64,000 bases of DNA from Candidatus Latescibacterota bacterium (GTDB taxonomy: Bacteria > Latescibacterota > UBA2968 > GCA-2709665): positions 3,456,001 through 3,520,000 of the forward strand of contig OZ252100.1 of NCBI GenBank assembly GCA_965248435.1, in the 5' to 3' direction. A program made the translations under genes and the position numbers. Below are positions 48,982-57,822 of this stretch, piece after piece; the first letter of the stretch is position 1, and each line of letters starts with the position of its first letter. The notes below the pieces were generated by a model. That model did no database searches, had not been told where the DNA came from, and saw only the letters and a list, made by a program, of their open reading frames with translations.

Positions 48982-49267
48982 GCCTACTTTTCTTGTCTCG
49001 CCACAAGAAAAGTAGGCAAAAGAAAGGCGCCCCTCAGACGCCGGGGGGGCTTGGGCCGCGGCACCTTACCTTCAGTGGAAAGCACCGACGCAGCAATAGT
49101 CCGGAACTCCTCCCGTCACCAGATGCCCGCTGTGGGACCCGCCCCCACCCCGCGAATTTCCATTCGCCCGCGCCGCCACCCCCGCACTTCACCCGGTCCC
49201 ACAGAGGGCCCCAACCCCTTGGGAGGAGGAACGCGCTTGGGTGCAGGGGAGTCGCACACCGCGGCCC
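48982..49267. other. highly structured intergenic element (ncRNA or MITE-like repeat)
   Basis: perfect 15-bp hairpin 48982-49017 followed by nested inverted repeats. Confidence 0.6.
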
Positions 49268-49329
49268 TGGTGCGAGTTAAGTGATATATTCCCAGAGTTT
49301 CAGTGCCGCCCGCGGGCTGGCGAGTAGAG

Positions 49330-50418
49330 CTATTTACTTCCAATCGCAGACGCTACTGCACTCCCGACGCTTTCTGTCGAGGCGCTTCCTCCGAGGTCGG
49401 CGGTGTGGTTCGACGGGTCTTCGAGTACCTGCCCGACCGTCGCGTCGATCGCCCGCGCAGCGGTCGCGGCATCCTGGTCATCGTGACGCGCTCCCAGCCA
49501 GGTGAGCATCATCCCGGCCGAGAGGATCTGGGCCAGTGGGTTTGCAATGCCCTGGCCGGCGATGTCCGGGCCCGTGCCGTGAGAGGGTTGAAAGACGCCG
49601 TATCGGTCTCCGACGTCGGCCGACGGGGCCATCCCCATCCCGCCGATCGTCGCAGCCGCGAGGTCAGATATGATGTCGCCAAACATGTTCTCCGCGACCA
49701 CAACGTCGTAGTAGTCTGGTTTTTTAACCTGGTAGACAGTAAAGGCGTCTACGTAGGCGTAGTCGCGTTCTGTATCGGGGTAGTTCTCGGCCACACCATC
49801 ATAGACCTTTCGGAAGAAGGCCATGCTTTTTAGGATGTTGGCTTTATCGACGCACGTGACACGGCGCTTTCGATCCTTGGGGGCACCCTGCCGCTGCCCG
49901 GCGATTTCGAAGGCATAGCGCACAATCCGTTCCGTACCGGTCCGCGTTATCACCAGGTTATCCACCGCTACGTCGTCGCCCACGCTGACGCCGGCGCCGC
50001 AGGAGGCGTAGAGGCCTTCGGTATTTTCGCGCATGATGACATAGTCGATGGGAGGATCGTCGGCAAGAAGGGGCGAGATGCCGGGAAACCTCTTGATCGG
50101 ACGAATTCCGGCATACAGGTCCAGGACGAATCGCAGGGTAATTTGAGGCGTGATCTCTGTGCCATCGGGAAAGCGGACATCTGGATCTCCCGCAGAGCCG
50201 AAAAGGATCGCATCCGATTTCCGGCAGGCCTTTAGCGTATCCTCCGGGAGGTCGCTTCCGGTCTCCGTGTAGCATTTTGCGCCGACCGGGTATTCGGTCA
50301 GGCTCAAGCTCAGGTTCGGAAAGGGCGACTTGAGGGCGTCGAGGACCTTGAGTGCCTCGGCCATGACTTCCGGCCCGACGCCGTCACCTGAGAGGACTGC
50401 GATGTTGTAGCTTGCCAT
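49330..50418 (-). CDS. isocitrate/isopropylmalate/tartrate dehydrogenase family (LeuB-like)
   Basis: GDGVGPEV; RENTEGLY; VDKAN; ENMFGDIISD; HGTGPDIAGQGIANP. Confidence 0.9.
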   Translation of the reverse strand: MASYNIAVLSGDGVGPEVMAEALKVLDALKSPFPNLSLSLTEYPVGAKCYTETGSDLPEDTLKACRKSDAILFGSAGDPDVRFPDGTEITPQITLRFVLDLYAGIRPIKRFPGISPLLADDPPIDYVIMRENTEGLYASCGAGVSVGDDVAVDNLVITRTGTERIVRYAFEIAGQRQGAPKDRKRRVTCVDKANILKSMAFFRKVYDGVAENYPDTERDYAYVDAFTVYQVKKPDYYDVVVAENMFGDIISDLAAATIGGMGMAPSADVGDRYGVFQPSHGTGPDIAGQGIANPLAQILSAGMMLTWLGARHDDQDAATAARAIDATVGQVLEDPSNHTADLGGSASTESVGSAVASAIGSK

Positions 50419-50717
50419 GAGTAACACCTAGTGGACAACTTCGAAGTGCGAGGCGAAGGAAGATCATGCCTGCTTGTCTGTTTGACTCCGGTCTCAGAGC
50501 TTCTCAGAATCTGGGCACCTTGTCAGTTTAGGGCTGTGTTGAGAAAAATGTTTTAAGGCATGAGCACGATTCCTCGATAGTTAACTACAACCTAGACGCT
50601 GGAAAATCAGCGGCAGCGCGAATTACCTGCCGCTGCGTCGCTAATTGGGTTGCATGAGGAGACTTTCCTGATCTCCTTTTTTATTGCTCTGGTCCGAGAA
50701 GAGCCATCGGCGAGTTG

Positions 50718-52181
50718 CTAACCGACTTCGTCCCTTAAAGTCTCAACCCTCTCAAAGAAGTGGGGGATCGACCAAAGAAGCTCTGCGTGTTTGTAGTCTG
50801 ACACCATCTTACCGAAAGCCTGCTCCGCCACGTAGGAGCTGAGGCGCTCTACGGTATCCCTGTGGTCCGCAGGCCACAGGCGAAGAAGAACCTCACCAAT
50901 ATGGGCCGAAGCCCCAAGATCTGGACTGCCGTGAATAGTGAGCGGATAGCCACTAATGTGAGATTCGAGATCAACATGGAGGCCACGTAGACCGGTGTGC
51001 ACACTCGACAGAGTCTTCTGAGTCTGGTCACTGCTACTAGCAATCAGCATGTCGCCGCAGGCGTCGAGAACCCACCAACTGTAGTATCCCGACATATGCC
51101 ATTGCTTCTCATGGCCGAACAACCGAGCCTCACCCCGTTCCGACTCGTAGGCGAGAGCCATTTCGCAGAGATTCTCTTCGAGAGTTGATTGAATCTGATC
51201 AAGACGTGAATTGGTCATCCATGAAGTTCTCAGGTCAGGACGAGATCGCACGAGGCCGATCAAATGGAGTCGCTCAGCATGGGTAGGGACACGGTGGTCC
51301 CCCACGGATAAGTCCTGCAGACAAAAGTTAATCGCTTGCTTGATCGGTGCTGGGCGCTGATGTGAGAGTTGGAGAAGCGCTTTTGCAAATGTTGCTGAGT
51401 GACGGACGTCTACGCGAATCGTTTCACCCGTTGACGTCATCTGTATAAGGCCAGCCCCTTTGCCGTCGAAGTGCCTGAGAAGGTAACCCCTTGCAAGCGT
51501 CAGTCGTCGGTCGATACGATCCAAGTAATCAGGATATGCCGAACTTCGCAGAAAGAGACGCTTCAGGCTGCATAACCCTCTAATCATCCAGTGCGTGACT
51601 GAAACGCTGTCGACTTGAGATACCGAATCGGGTACGTGGTCAGGAAACGAAAGGGGAAGGTAGTTCTGGGAATACGATTTTGACCAGCCTCCGTATCGAT
51701 GTGAGGCCGGCTCCTCGACGAACTGGTCTGCCTCGATCGCCGATAGAATGGGTTCCCAGTCGCCAAGCTCGATACCGCACGACGACTCAAGGGGTTGAAG
51801 CTTCCCGGCGATGCGATCGGCTATCGACTCAGGGGTCCCTACCCGACCGTCAATATACAGCAAACCAGACAGGATCCTCGGAACACAATTGTCTTCCAGT
51901 AGAATTGGGAAAAGTCTGAATGATGGGTCAAGACCCCTTCGGGCGAACGCCGCGCTCAGTTCGGCCTGGACCCACCACGAGTCGAGAGATTTATGCGATA
52001 GCAATACACAATAACCCTGTGATCGATCGATTGCACGAGATATCTCGGTCGTGAGCACTTGGCCAGGGTCCAGGTGATCAATATCTCGCCATAGGAGAAT
52101 CCCCTTCGCCGCAAGTGTCGAAGCAAAGGCATCGGCCCAGACGCCATCCTCATGGGAGTAGCTGAGAAAGAGTGTTGTCAT
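50718..52181 (-). CDS. TIR-domain protein with C-terminal helical (prenyltransferase/cyclase-like) domain
   Basis: LFLSYSHED; W.D...L.PG; I..AI..S; S.WVQAEL (catalytic Glu); PILLE. Confidence 0.85.
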   Translation of the reverse strand: MTTLFLSYSHEDGVWADAFASTLAAKGILLWRDIDHLDPGQVLTTEISRAIDRSQGYCVLLSHKSLDSWWVQAELSAAFARRGLDPSFRLFPILLEDNCVPRILSGLLYIDGRVGTPESIADRIAGKLQPLESSCGIELGDWEPILSAIEADQFVEEPASHRYGGWSKSYSQNYLPLSFPDHVPDSVSQVDSVSVTHWMIRGLCSLKRLFLRSSAYPDYLDRIDRRLTLARGYLLRHFDGKGAGLIQMTSTGETIRVDVRHSATFAKALLQLSHQRPAPIKQAINFCLQDLSVGDHRVPTHAERLHLIGLVRSRPDLRTSWMTNSRLDQIQSTLEENLCEMALAYESERGEARLFGHEKQWHMSGYYSWWVLDACGDMLIASSSDQTQKTLSSVHTGLRGLHVDLESHISGYPLTIHGSPDLGASAHIGEVLLRLWPADHRDTVERLSSYVAEQAFGKMVSDYKHAELLWSIPHFFERVETLRDEVG

Positions 52182-52194
52182 TTTATCTTTGTCC

Positions 52195-52256
52195 AGCTAG
52201 CACTTTGCAGATCTGTCGCGGTGCGAGGCGCCGTCCTTGCATCGGCTTGTTCGTGC
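52195..52256 (-). other. degenerate attC-like recombination site
   Basis: minus strand GCACGAAC-AAGCCGATGCA...CAGATCTGC-AAAGT-GCTAGCT: R'', L'', L', R' layout with GTT changed to GCT. Confidence 0.6.
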
Positions 52257-52445
52257 CGCCGCCCACTCGTCTTCGACACCTTCGGCGGATGAAGCAGTCA
52301 TCGTTTTTCTTCTTCTATCTCGCTTCTCTTCAGCTTGGGCGCAGTGGGTTGCCATTCTCTCAAATGCTGAACCACGTCTCCGTAGAATCCGACGACTACT
52401 CCGATTTCTGCCGGTTCCGAAAGGTCCTCGATGTCGTTTCACTCC

Positions 52446-53390
52446 TTATCCGCCGTCTTGGTCTGCGTGAACGAAGGCATATGAACCGATACCGAGTACA
52501 ACTAGGGTTACTCCTAACCCCGCGGTCAATGACGGCGCATTGCCACCAAACAGGCCCCACTCTATTATGAGTGCGAAAGGCACTTCTGCGGCCTGCGTGG
52601 CATCTACTGCGGCGATTGCCATCGGACTCGTCGTGCTATGCCTTGCGTACAGGAAAATGCTCGTCGCAACGATTCCCGTTGATATCGCCACATATGCGGT
52701 ACTAGCGAGCTGTTCTGCCGTTGGGGCCGGAGGCTGTGCAAGAAGACCGATTACCATCAGAACCGGTATCGCGCCAGCTGTCATCATCCACACTCTGCAG
52801 AATGTATTACCTATGGGCGGCTGAACGATGTGCGGAACAATTGCGTGTCCACCACTTTTCGCGAGTCCGCATAGTGTGTTTCCCAAAGGGAAGCACGTCG
52901 CTGCGAGGAGCACCGGTCATACGCCATACCCTATTTCCAGAGAGAATCGTCCGAACTGTGAAGCATTTACCAAGAGCACCCCGACAACTGCTATCCCGGC
53001 ATAGAGCACGCCTCTGCTAGGTACACGTCGGCCGAACACGCGAAGCACAAGAGGAGTCGCGAGGATCGTGCATTGCCAAGTTGTCGCCACGACCCATCCA
53101 GGAGCGAAGCTAGCCGCGAAACAGAGGGCAGAATAGAAGCATCCGAATCCAATGCCCCCAGCAACAAGCCACAACCAGCGATATTGAACAAGGCACACAC
53201 CGGATTCCCACAAGCTCCGCCGTCCGTACCTGAATGCGATCAAAGGTGTGAGAAGTATGAACACGTACGCATACCTAAGCGCAGCGGTCCAAAACCAATG
53301 CCCACCTTCTACACTCATCCATCTATTGAGAACGAAGGTGCTAGAGAAAAAGAAGGCAGCAGCTACACCCAAAGACACCAGTCGAATCAC
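52446..53390 (-). pseudogene. EamA/DMT (YjlA-like) transporter interrupted by an in-frame TGA
   Basis: FFSSTFVLNR...GGHW.W.A.LRY; PGWVVATTWQ; GV*PVLLAA..FPLGN; AAVDATQA.EV; TGA at 52917-52919 with both halves in one frame. Confidence 0.85.
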
Positions 53391-53444
53391 AGATACCGTC
53401 CTTCCCCTTCCTTCGCCATCAGAACAAACAACCTTATGGTCATA

Positions 53445-54926
53445 TCACAGATCGTATCGGCCGACATTGAACGCCATTGCCCGCTCCCGCTCACCACGCG
53501 TCGCGTGCGGGTCTTCGGGAAGCACGTACTGGGTGACACACTCCTTGAGTTCACACATGTTGAGGAAATGGTGGGTTACCAGGTGGCGAAACTCAGCATC
53601 AGGGTGGGTCACGGGCGCCGGCAACGCGGTGAAATCCAGCAACTGAAAGGTACGTGGAGTATCTAGAAAGTAACGGATGGTGGAACGATTTGCTGGGTCA
53701 AACCAACCGTCGTTTCCCGGTACAATCCCCTTAGCCACGTGCGGGCGGGGGAGAGCACCGTGCTCATCAGCCATCCTTCGTCCGAATTCAGCCGCACGTT
53801 CAAGGCTATCAGCGTCATCCACTCCGACGTGACCGAAAACCATGAGCGTTTCCGCGGTGATGCCGTAGCACTCCCGTGCGACTCGAATGGCCTCCGCGGG
53901 TGAATACGAGCCATGAGGCTTTCGGATGGCCTTCCAGACCCGTGAGACCGCCCCATCCACCCCAAAGCCAATGCGGCATAGACCGGCGCGTGCTAGATCA
54001 GCGATTAGATCGGGCTCACGCATATGTGCACTGAGGAAGGAATTAACGTTCGAGAGCCCTCTCATCCGAAGCTTGAACCCTTGTTGTTCTTGAAGGACGG
54101 ACAGTATACTCTGACAGACACCACGAACCTCGGACGGCGATTGAAAGAGGTCAAGGTTTGTTAGATAGAGTTGTAGGCTTGAAATCCCCAGCTTCTTCGA
54201 TCGCTCAATTAGATATGTGAGGTCCTCCTGGATACGTTGGAGCTCTCTGTAGCGCTCTTGTACTTTTCGAGCAGGTCCGCCCGAAACACTGTCTGGTCGA
54301 GTACGATCAGCGGCGCAAAAGCTGCAACTGTAGCGACAACCCTGCGAAAGGTAGAATGCAAACTCCTGCGATAGGTAGAGCCGCATGGTGGCATCTGATA
54401 TTTGCTCATAGGCACAAAGCAGAGAGACGCTCTCCGGTGTCGGCACTGCGCCGGGCCCCAATCCCAATGCTCCGCTGAGAGCACACGGCGAGTTTCCATT
54501 GACGACGCTGCCGCCGAAGAGGTCAGCCATCTGATGTTCGGTGAAGCCGGAGATAATCTGGCCACCGAGGAGAATCGTGGCCTCTGGCCGCTGCTCCCGG
54601 ACCCGGCTAGCGAGGCGAATCGTGGGCTCCACGTAAGGCGCGCCGACCAAGTTTATGCCAACACACGGTTCGAACTCTCGCGCCTGGTCAATGTTCTCAT
54701 CCACCAACTCTACCTCAAATCCAGCAGCCATCAGGCGTGCTTGGACAGACAGGATCGACGTTGGCATGTACACGTGACCCAGGGGGTGATCGACCGGATC
54801 CGGCGCATAGACATGGCGTGGCTGGATCAGTTGAACGGAGTCACGGTTTCTTGAGGGGATCATCAGGTCCTCGGGTGCGAGCATTGGCACAGTGCCCGTC
54901 GCGCCCTGACGGCTCGCTGCAGGCAT
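53445..54926 (-). CDS. radical SAM protein with N-terminal B12-binding-like domain
   Basis: SQGCRYSCSFC (CxxxCxxC); VELVDEN..., ILLGG N-terminal domain; LARAGL.RIGFGVDG; start uncertain (54926/54884/54863). Confidence 0.85.
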   Translation of the reverse strand: MPAASRQGATGTVPMLAPEDLMIPSRNRDSVQLIQPRHVYAPDPVDHPLGHVYMPTSILSVQARLMAAGFEVELVDENIDQAREFEPCVGINLVGAPYVEPTIRLASRVREQRPEATILLGGQIISGFTEHQMADLFGGSVVNGNSPCALSGALGLGPGAVPTPESVSLLCAYEQISDATMRLYLSQEFAFYLSQGCRYSCSFCAADRTRPDSVSGGPARKVQERYRELQRIQEDLTYLIERSKKLGISSLQLYLTNLDLFQSPSEVRGVCQSILSVLQEQQGFKLRMRGLSNVNSFLSAHMREPDLIADLARAGLCRIGFGVDGAVSRVWKAIRKPHGSYSPAEAIRVARECYGITAETLMVFGHVGVDDADSLERAAEFGRRMADEHGALPRPHVAKGIVPGNDGWFDPANRSTIRYFLDTPRTFQLLDFTALPAPVTHPDAEFRHLVTHHFLNMCELKECVTQYVLPEDPHATRGERERAMAFNVGRYDL

Positions 54927-54999
54927 CGTAGCGGTACGAGTAACACTGCTTCCTCTTCGCCATTCCTTCCACGGACAACTGATTGCTTGTTGGACATTC

Positions 55000-56163
55000 T
55001 CAATAGCCCGAAACCTCCTTTAACCGGCCCTCCTCTTGCGTGTAAACATGGAACCTCATCGCCGTGTTGTTTCCGTCAGGACCGAATTCATAATTCCCTG
55101 CGGCGCCACCGTGAATAATGATATCCTTTTTATCCGCCTGGACATGCTCTCCTATGGATCTTCGCGAGTTTCCATTGACGCCACTTATGATGATCTCAGC
55201 CAGCTTATAGGCATCGGCCCCAATAGGCTCGTAAGTTGCCTTCTTCTGCCCTTCCGAAATGGTGACAGCTGACAGGAAGTATGATTCGTTTCGCAGCGTC
55301 GCCGATCTCTCGATAAGTTCTTCGACTGTACAACCATCCGTGAAGACGACCGGCACGGTGATATCGAAAGTAGCTAACTCGTCGATGAGAAGCAGGCCGT
55401 TATTCGAAACTCCAACAAAGATCAGGATCTCAGGAGATTGAGCATGGTCGCGAAGCCGTTCGAAGTCATCAACCAGTCTACTCGCATCTCCATAGTTCTT
55501 CTTGTATATAATTTGACCGCCATTCTTCCTAATCTTGGCTGAGATCTTCTTCGCGAGGTCCTCAGAGTAGGCCCGGTTTTCCTCGTCAACCAGGATTGCG
55601 ACTCTCTGGTTCGTTGTCCTCTTGGCAATGAAACTCTTGATTTGAGTTGCTTGGTCTTCGTTGTCTGGAATCATCCTAAGCATGGCATTGTACCCTGCGG
55701 ATTGAGCGATTGCTGTGAGTTGGGTCGCAGTTGCAATTGGCAAGATGAATGCGGGTCTGCTAGAGGACCTGACTATTTCGCCAAGTGTAACGGTGGTGAG
55801 CTCGCTGTTCGAGTTCCCGATGATCATCACACAATTCTCATCGTTAACGAGTTCCATCGCGACCCGCTCCGCTTCCTCGACTGAGTAATGATCATCTCTA
55901 TAGGATATTTTTACGACTTCTCCTCCCTTTGTTTTCAAGTGATTGCTGCTTCCGAAGCCAGTCAGGAACTCAGTCGGTATGGTGAACGTTTCGTCCGACT
56001 TTGACATCACCACGGCAATGTATTTTTCCTGGTGAGAAGCATCTATGACCACATCCTTCCCAAGGTCGAGGAGGGTGGAGATCACCCATGTTGCGCCGGT
56101 AAGAGCAAAAAAGCCTAAGATTAAGTAAATGATGTGTTTTGGCTTTGGTCTTCTCACGGTCAT
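55000..56163 (-). CDS. membrane-anchored type 1 periplasmic binding protein (LivJ/receptor-like), orphan
   Basis: N-terminal TM; YRDD; IIGNSNS; P.ATA..LT; LRMIPDN..Q; ATG 56163 after GGAGG. Confidence 0.75.
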   Translation of the reverse strand: MTVRRPKPKHIIYLILGFFALTGATWVISTLLDLGKDVVIDASHQEKYIAVVMSKSDETFTIPTEFLTGFGSSNHLKTKGGEVVKISYRDDHYSVEEAERVAMELVNDENCVMIIGNSNSELTTVTLGEIVRSSSRPAFILPIATATQLTAIAQSAGYNAMLRMIPDNEDQATQIKSFIAKRTTNQRVAILVDEENRAYSEDLAKKISAKIRKNGGQIIYKKNYGDASRLVDDFERLRDHAQSPEILIFVGVSNNGLLLIDELATFDITVPVVFTDGCTVEELIERSATLRNESYFLSAVTISEGQKKATYEPIGADAYKLAEIIISGVNGNSRRSIGEHVQADKKDIIIHGGAAGNYEFGPDGNNTAMRFHVYTQEEGRLKEVSGY

Positions 56164-56415
56164 GTCAGTTCCTCCCTCATTGATTGCGTAGAGTTGGCAT
56201 TGTCCCGAACGGTGTTCAGAGGTGAGTCTAATGAGGTCCCGTACGGTCTTAAGGTGTAATAACGTCTCCGTTCGGACTAACATGAATTGTGCAGGTCAGC
56301 ATGAAGCCCAAAACATAGCTGATTCTCTGCAAGATATCACCCCACGGTTTCATCCAGTTTGTGAGGGCAACTCCATTTATCCAATAGACTCCGGAAAGAG
56401 CAGACACTCCGCTGG

Positions 56416-56763
56416 TTAGTAAGAAGCCACTTCTCGCCGAGACGTTGATGACAGCAGCTCGTAGAGTCGCTTGAGACCGGATACCACCTCTGCCCATCCG
56501 TCTGTCCATCGGTCGTCGAGTGGCTCACTTGCTTGGCAGATGGAGTGAGTCCGGTCAAGCAGCACATTGGCAACCTTGCAAAGTTCCTGAAGTTGCGCTG
56601 GCGCGGATGCAGGCAGCTCATAGTGGCCAGGAAACACAGGTCCGTGGAATCCGGCCTCCCGTGCAGCATATCGCGTACATGCGAGGACCGCTCGAAGTAA
56701 GCGGGCGCGCGCCGTATATGCAAGCTCGGCAGTTCCTGCCAACTCAAGTGCGTGCTTGATCAC
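56416..56763 (-). CDS. hypothetical protein
   Basis: GTGA overlap with the upstream gene; stop lies inside CTAAC-CAGCGG (attC-like start). Confidence 0.55.
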   Translation of the reverse strand: MIKHALELAGTAELAYTARARLLRAVLACTRYAAREAGFHGPVFPGHYELPASAPAQLQELCKVANVLLDRTHSICQASEPLDDRWTDGWAEVVSGLKRLYELLSSTSRREVASY

Positions 56764-57254
56764 TCGGCGAGATTTGCCTCGCGGGCAGCCACTTCAACGA
56801 GACGATAAGCCTTTGCCGGCGCAGCGTGTCCCAGCTTTGCAGCCTCCCGCGCGAGGTCATGTGCGAGGGCCTCTCGCAGATTCGGCTCCTGCGGTATGCT
56901 GTTCTCCAACTCGTGGAAGTCAACGTAGCAACCTGTGAAGCGAGCGTAACGAAAGTCACACGCACTGATGGAAGTGCCCGGGAACTCGCAATCGATGAAC
57001 CTGCACGCCGAGAATACCGATGACCGCAGCTGGGTCTTCCGGAAGTAACAGCCGAGGAATGCACAGTTGAGGAACCGCGCTTGTTGGAGCGTTACATCCT
57101 TGAAACTGATATTCGCAAACGTACAATGCTCATAGGTAGCGTTCTGGATCAGCCTGCCATCTAGAAGCTCGCTACCATACAGTTTCTTCTTGCCACGATA
57201 GGGCTCGGCAATCTCAGACGGAGTCCGTCCGACGAAGTATAGACCAGCTGTCAT
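56760..57254 (-). CDS. pentapeptide-repeat protein (possibly C-terminally truncated)
   Basis: repeats such as CTFAN ISFKD...ARFLN CAFLG CYFRK...CRFID CEF...CDFRY ARF. Confidence 0.8.
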   Translation of the reverse strand: MTAGLYFVGRTPSEIAEPYRGKKKLYGSELLDGRLIQNATYEHCTFANISFKDVTLQQARFLNCAFLGCYFRKTQLRSSVFSACRFIDCEFPGTSISACDFRYARFTGCYVDFHELENSIPQEPNLREALAHDLAREAAKLGHAAPAKAYRLVEVAAREANLAE

Positions 57255-57426
57255 GGCACCCTCTCCCTACAACTAGACACCTTACGAAGCCGCGCACGCT
57301 ACCCGCAGACCCTGGATGAGTCTGCAGCGATCCATTGAGTCGGAACATCGAAGTACATCCCCACATCGAGACGGACAGCCAGCTATACGTTCCTTTTCGA
57401 AAACGCGGTTGGTCTGCAACGCCTTT

Positions 57427-57822
57427 TTAGCCGGCCGCCATCAGGTTAAAGCTAGCGATTTCAGTGTTTAAGATGAGCACAGCCGGAGGTGCATCCAGCT
57501 CAGCCTCCTGGACATGGGTTGCCCGCACGGCGCTGGAAAAATTCACCTCGATAATTTTGCAGCCAAACCCTTCTTCTTTAGCGACCTCGAACTGCTCGTA
57601 CGCGAAAACGACCCCCGGATCGGCCGTTGCAGGCGGTGAAACTAAATGGTTCTGAGTCTTATCTAGTTCCGCATCAATTGGAGCACCTAAGAACCGACCA
57701 GATTGGACAATAGCAGCAGCGTGATTAGTGTAGTGATACGCCTTTCCGGCCCCGAGTAGCTCGACGTCGGTGAAGGTTGAAATCGCCGTCTGAATGAATT
57801 CTGCAAGCTCTTGCGATGTCAT
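57427..57822 (-). CDS. small protein with ADP-ribosyltransferase-like motifs
   Basis: AYHYT....A.IVQSG.F...PGVVFAY; bounded by attC-like half sites. Confidence 0.5.
   Translation of the reverse strand: MTSQELAEFIQTAISTFTDVELLGAGKAYHYTNHAAAIVQSGRFLGAPIDAELDKTQNHLVSPPATADPGVVFAYEQFEVAKEEGFGCKIIEVNFSSAVRATHVQEAELDAPPAVLILNTEIASFNLMAAG

Noticed and set aside
48970-49343. Short ORFs in the MetE-LeuB intergenic region
   Set aside because: Low-complexity Pro/Arg translations of a palindromic element
50529-50550. TA-GGGCTGTGTTGAGAAA resembling an IS5-family end
   Set aside because: I found no matching inverted repeat or transposase; too weak to call
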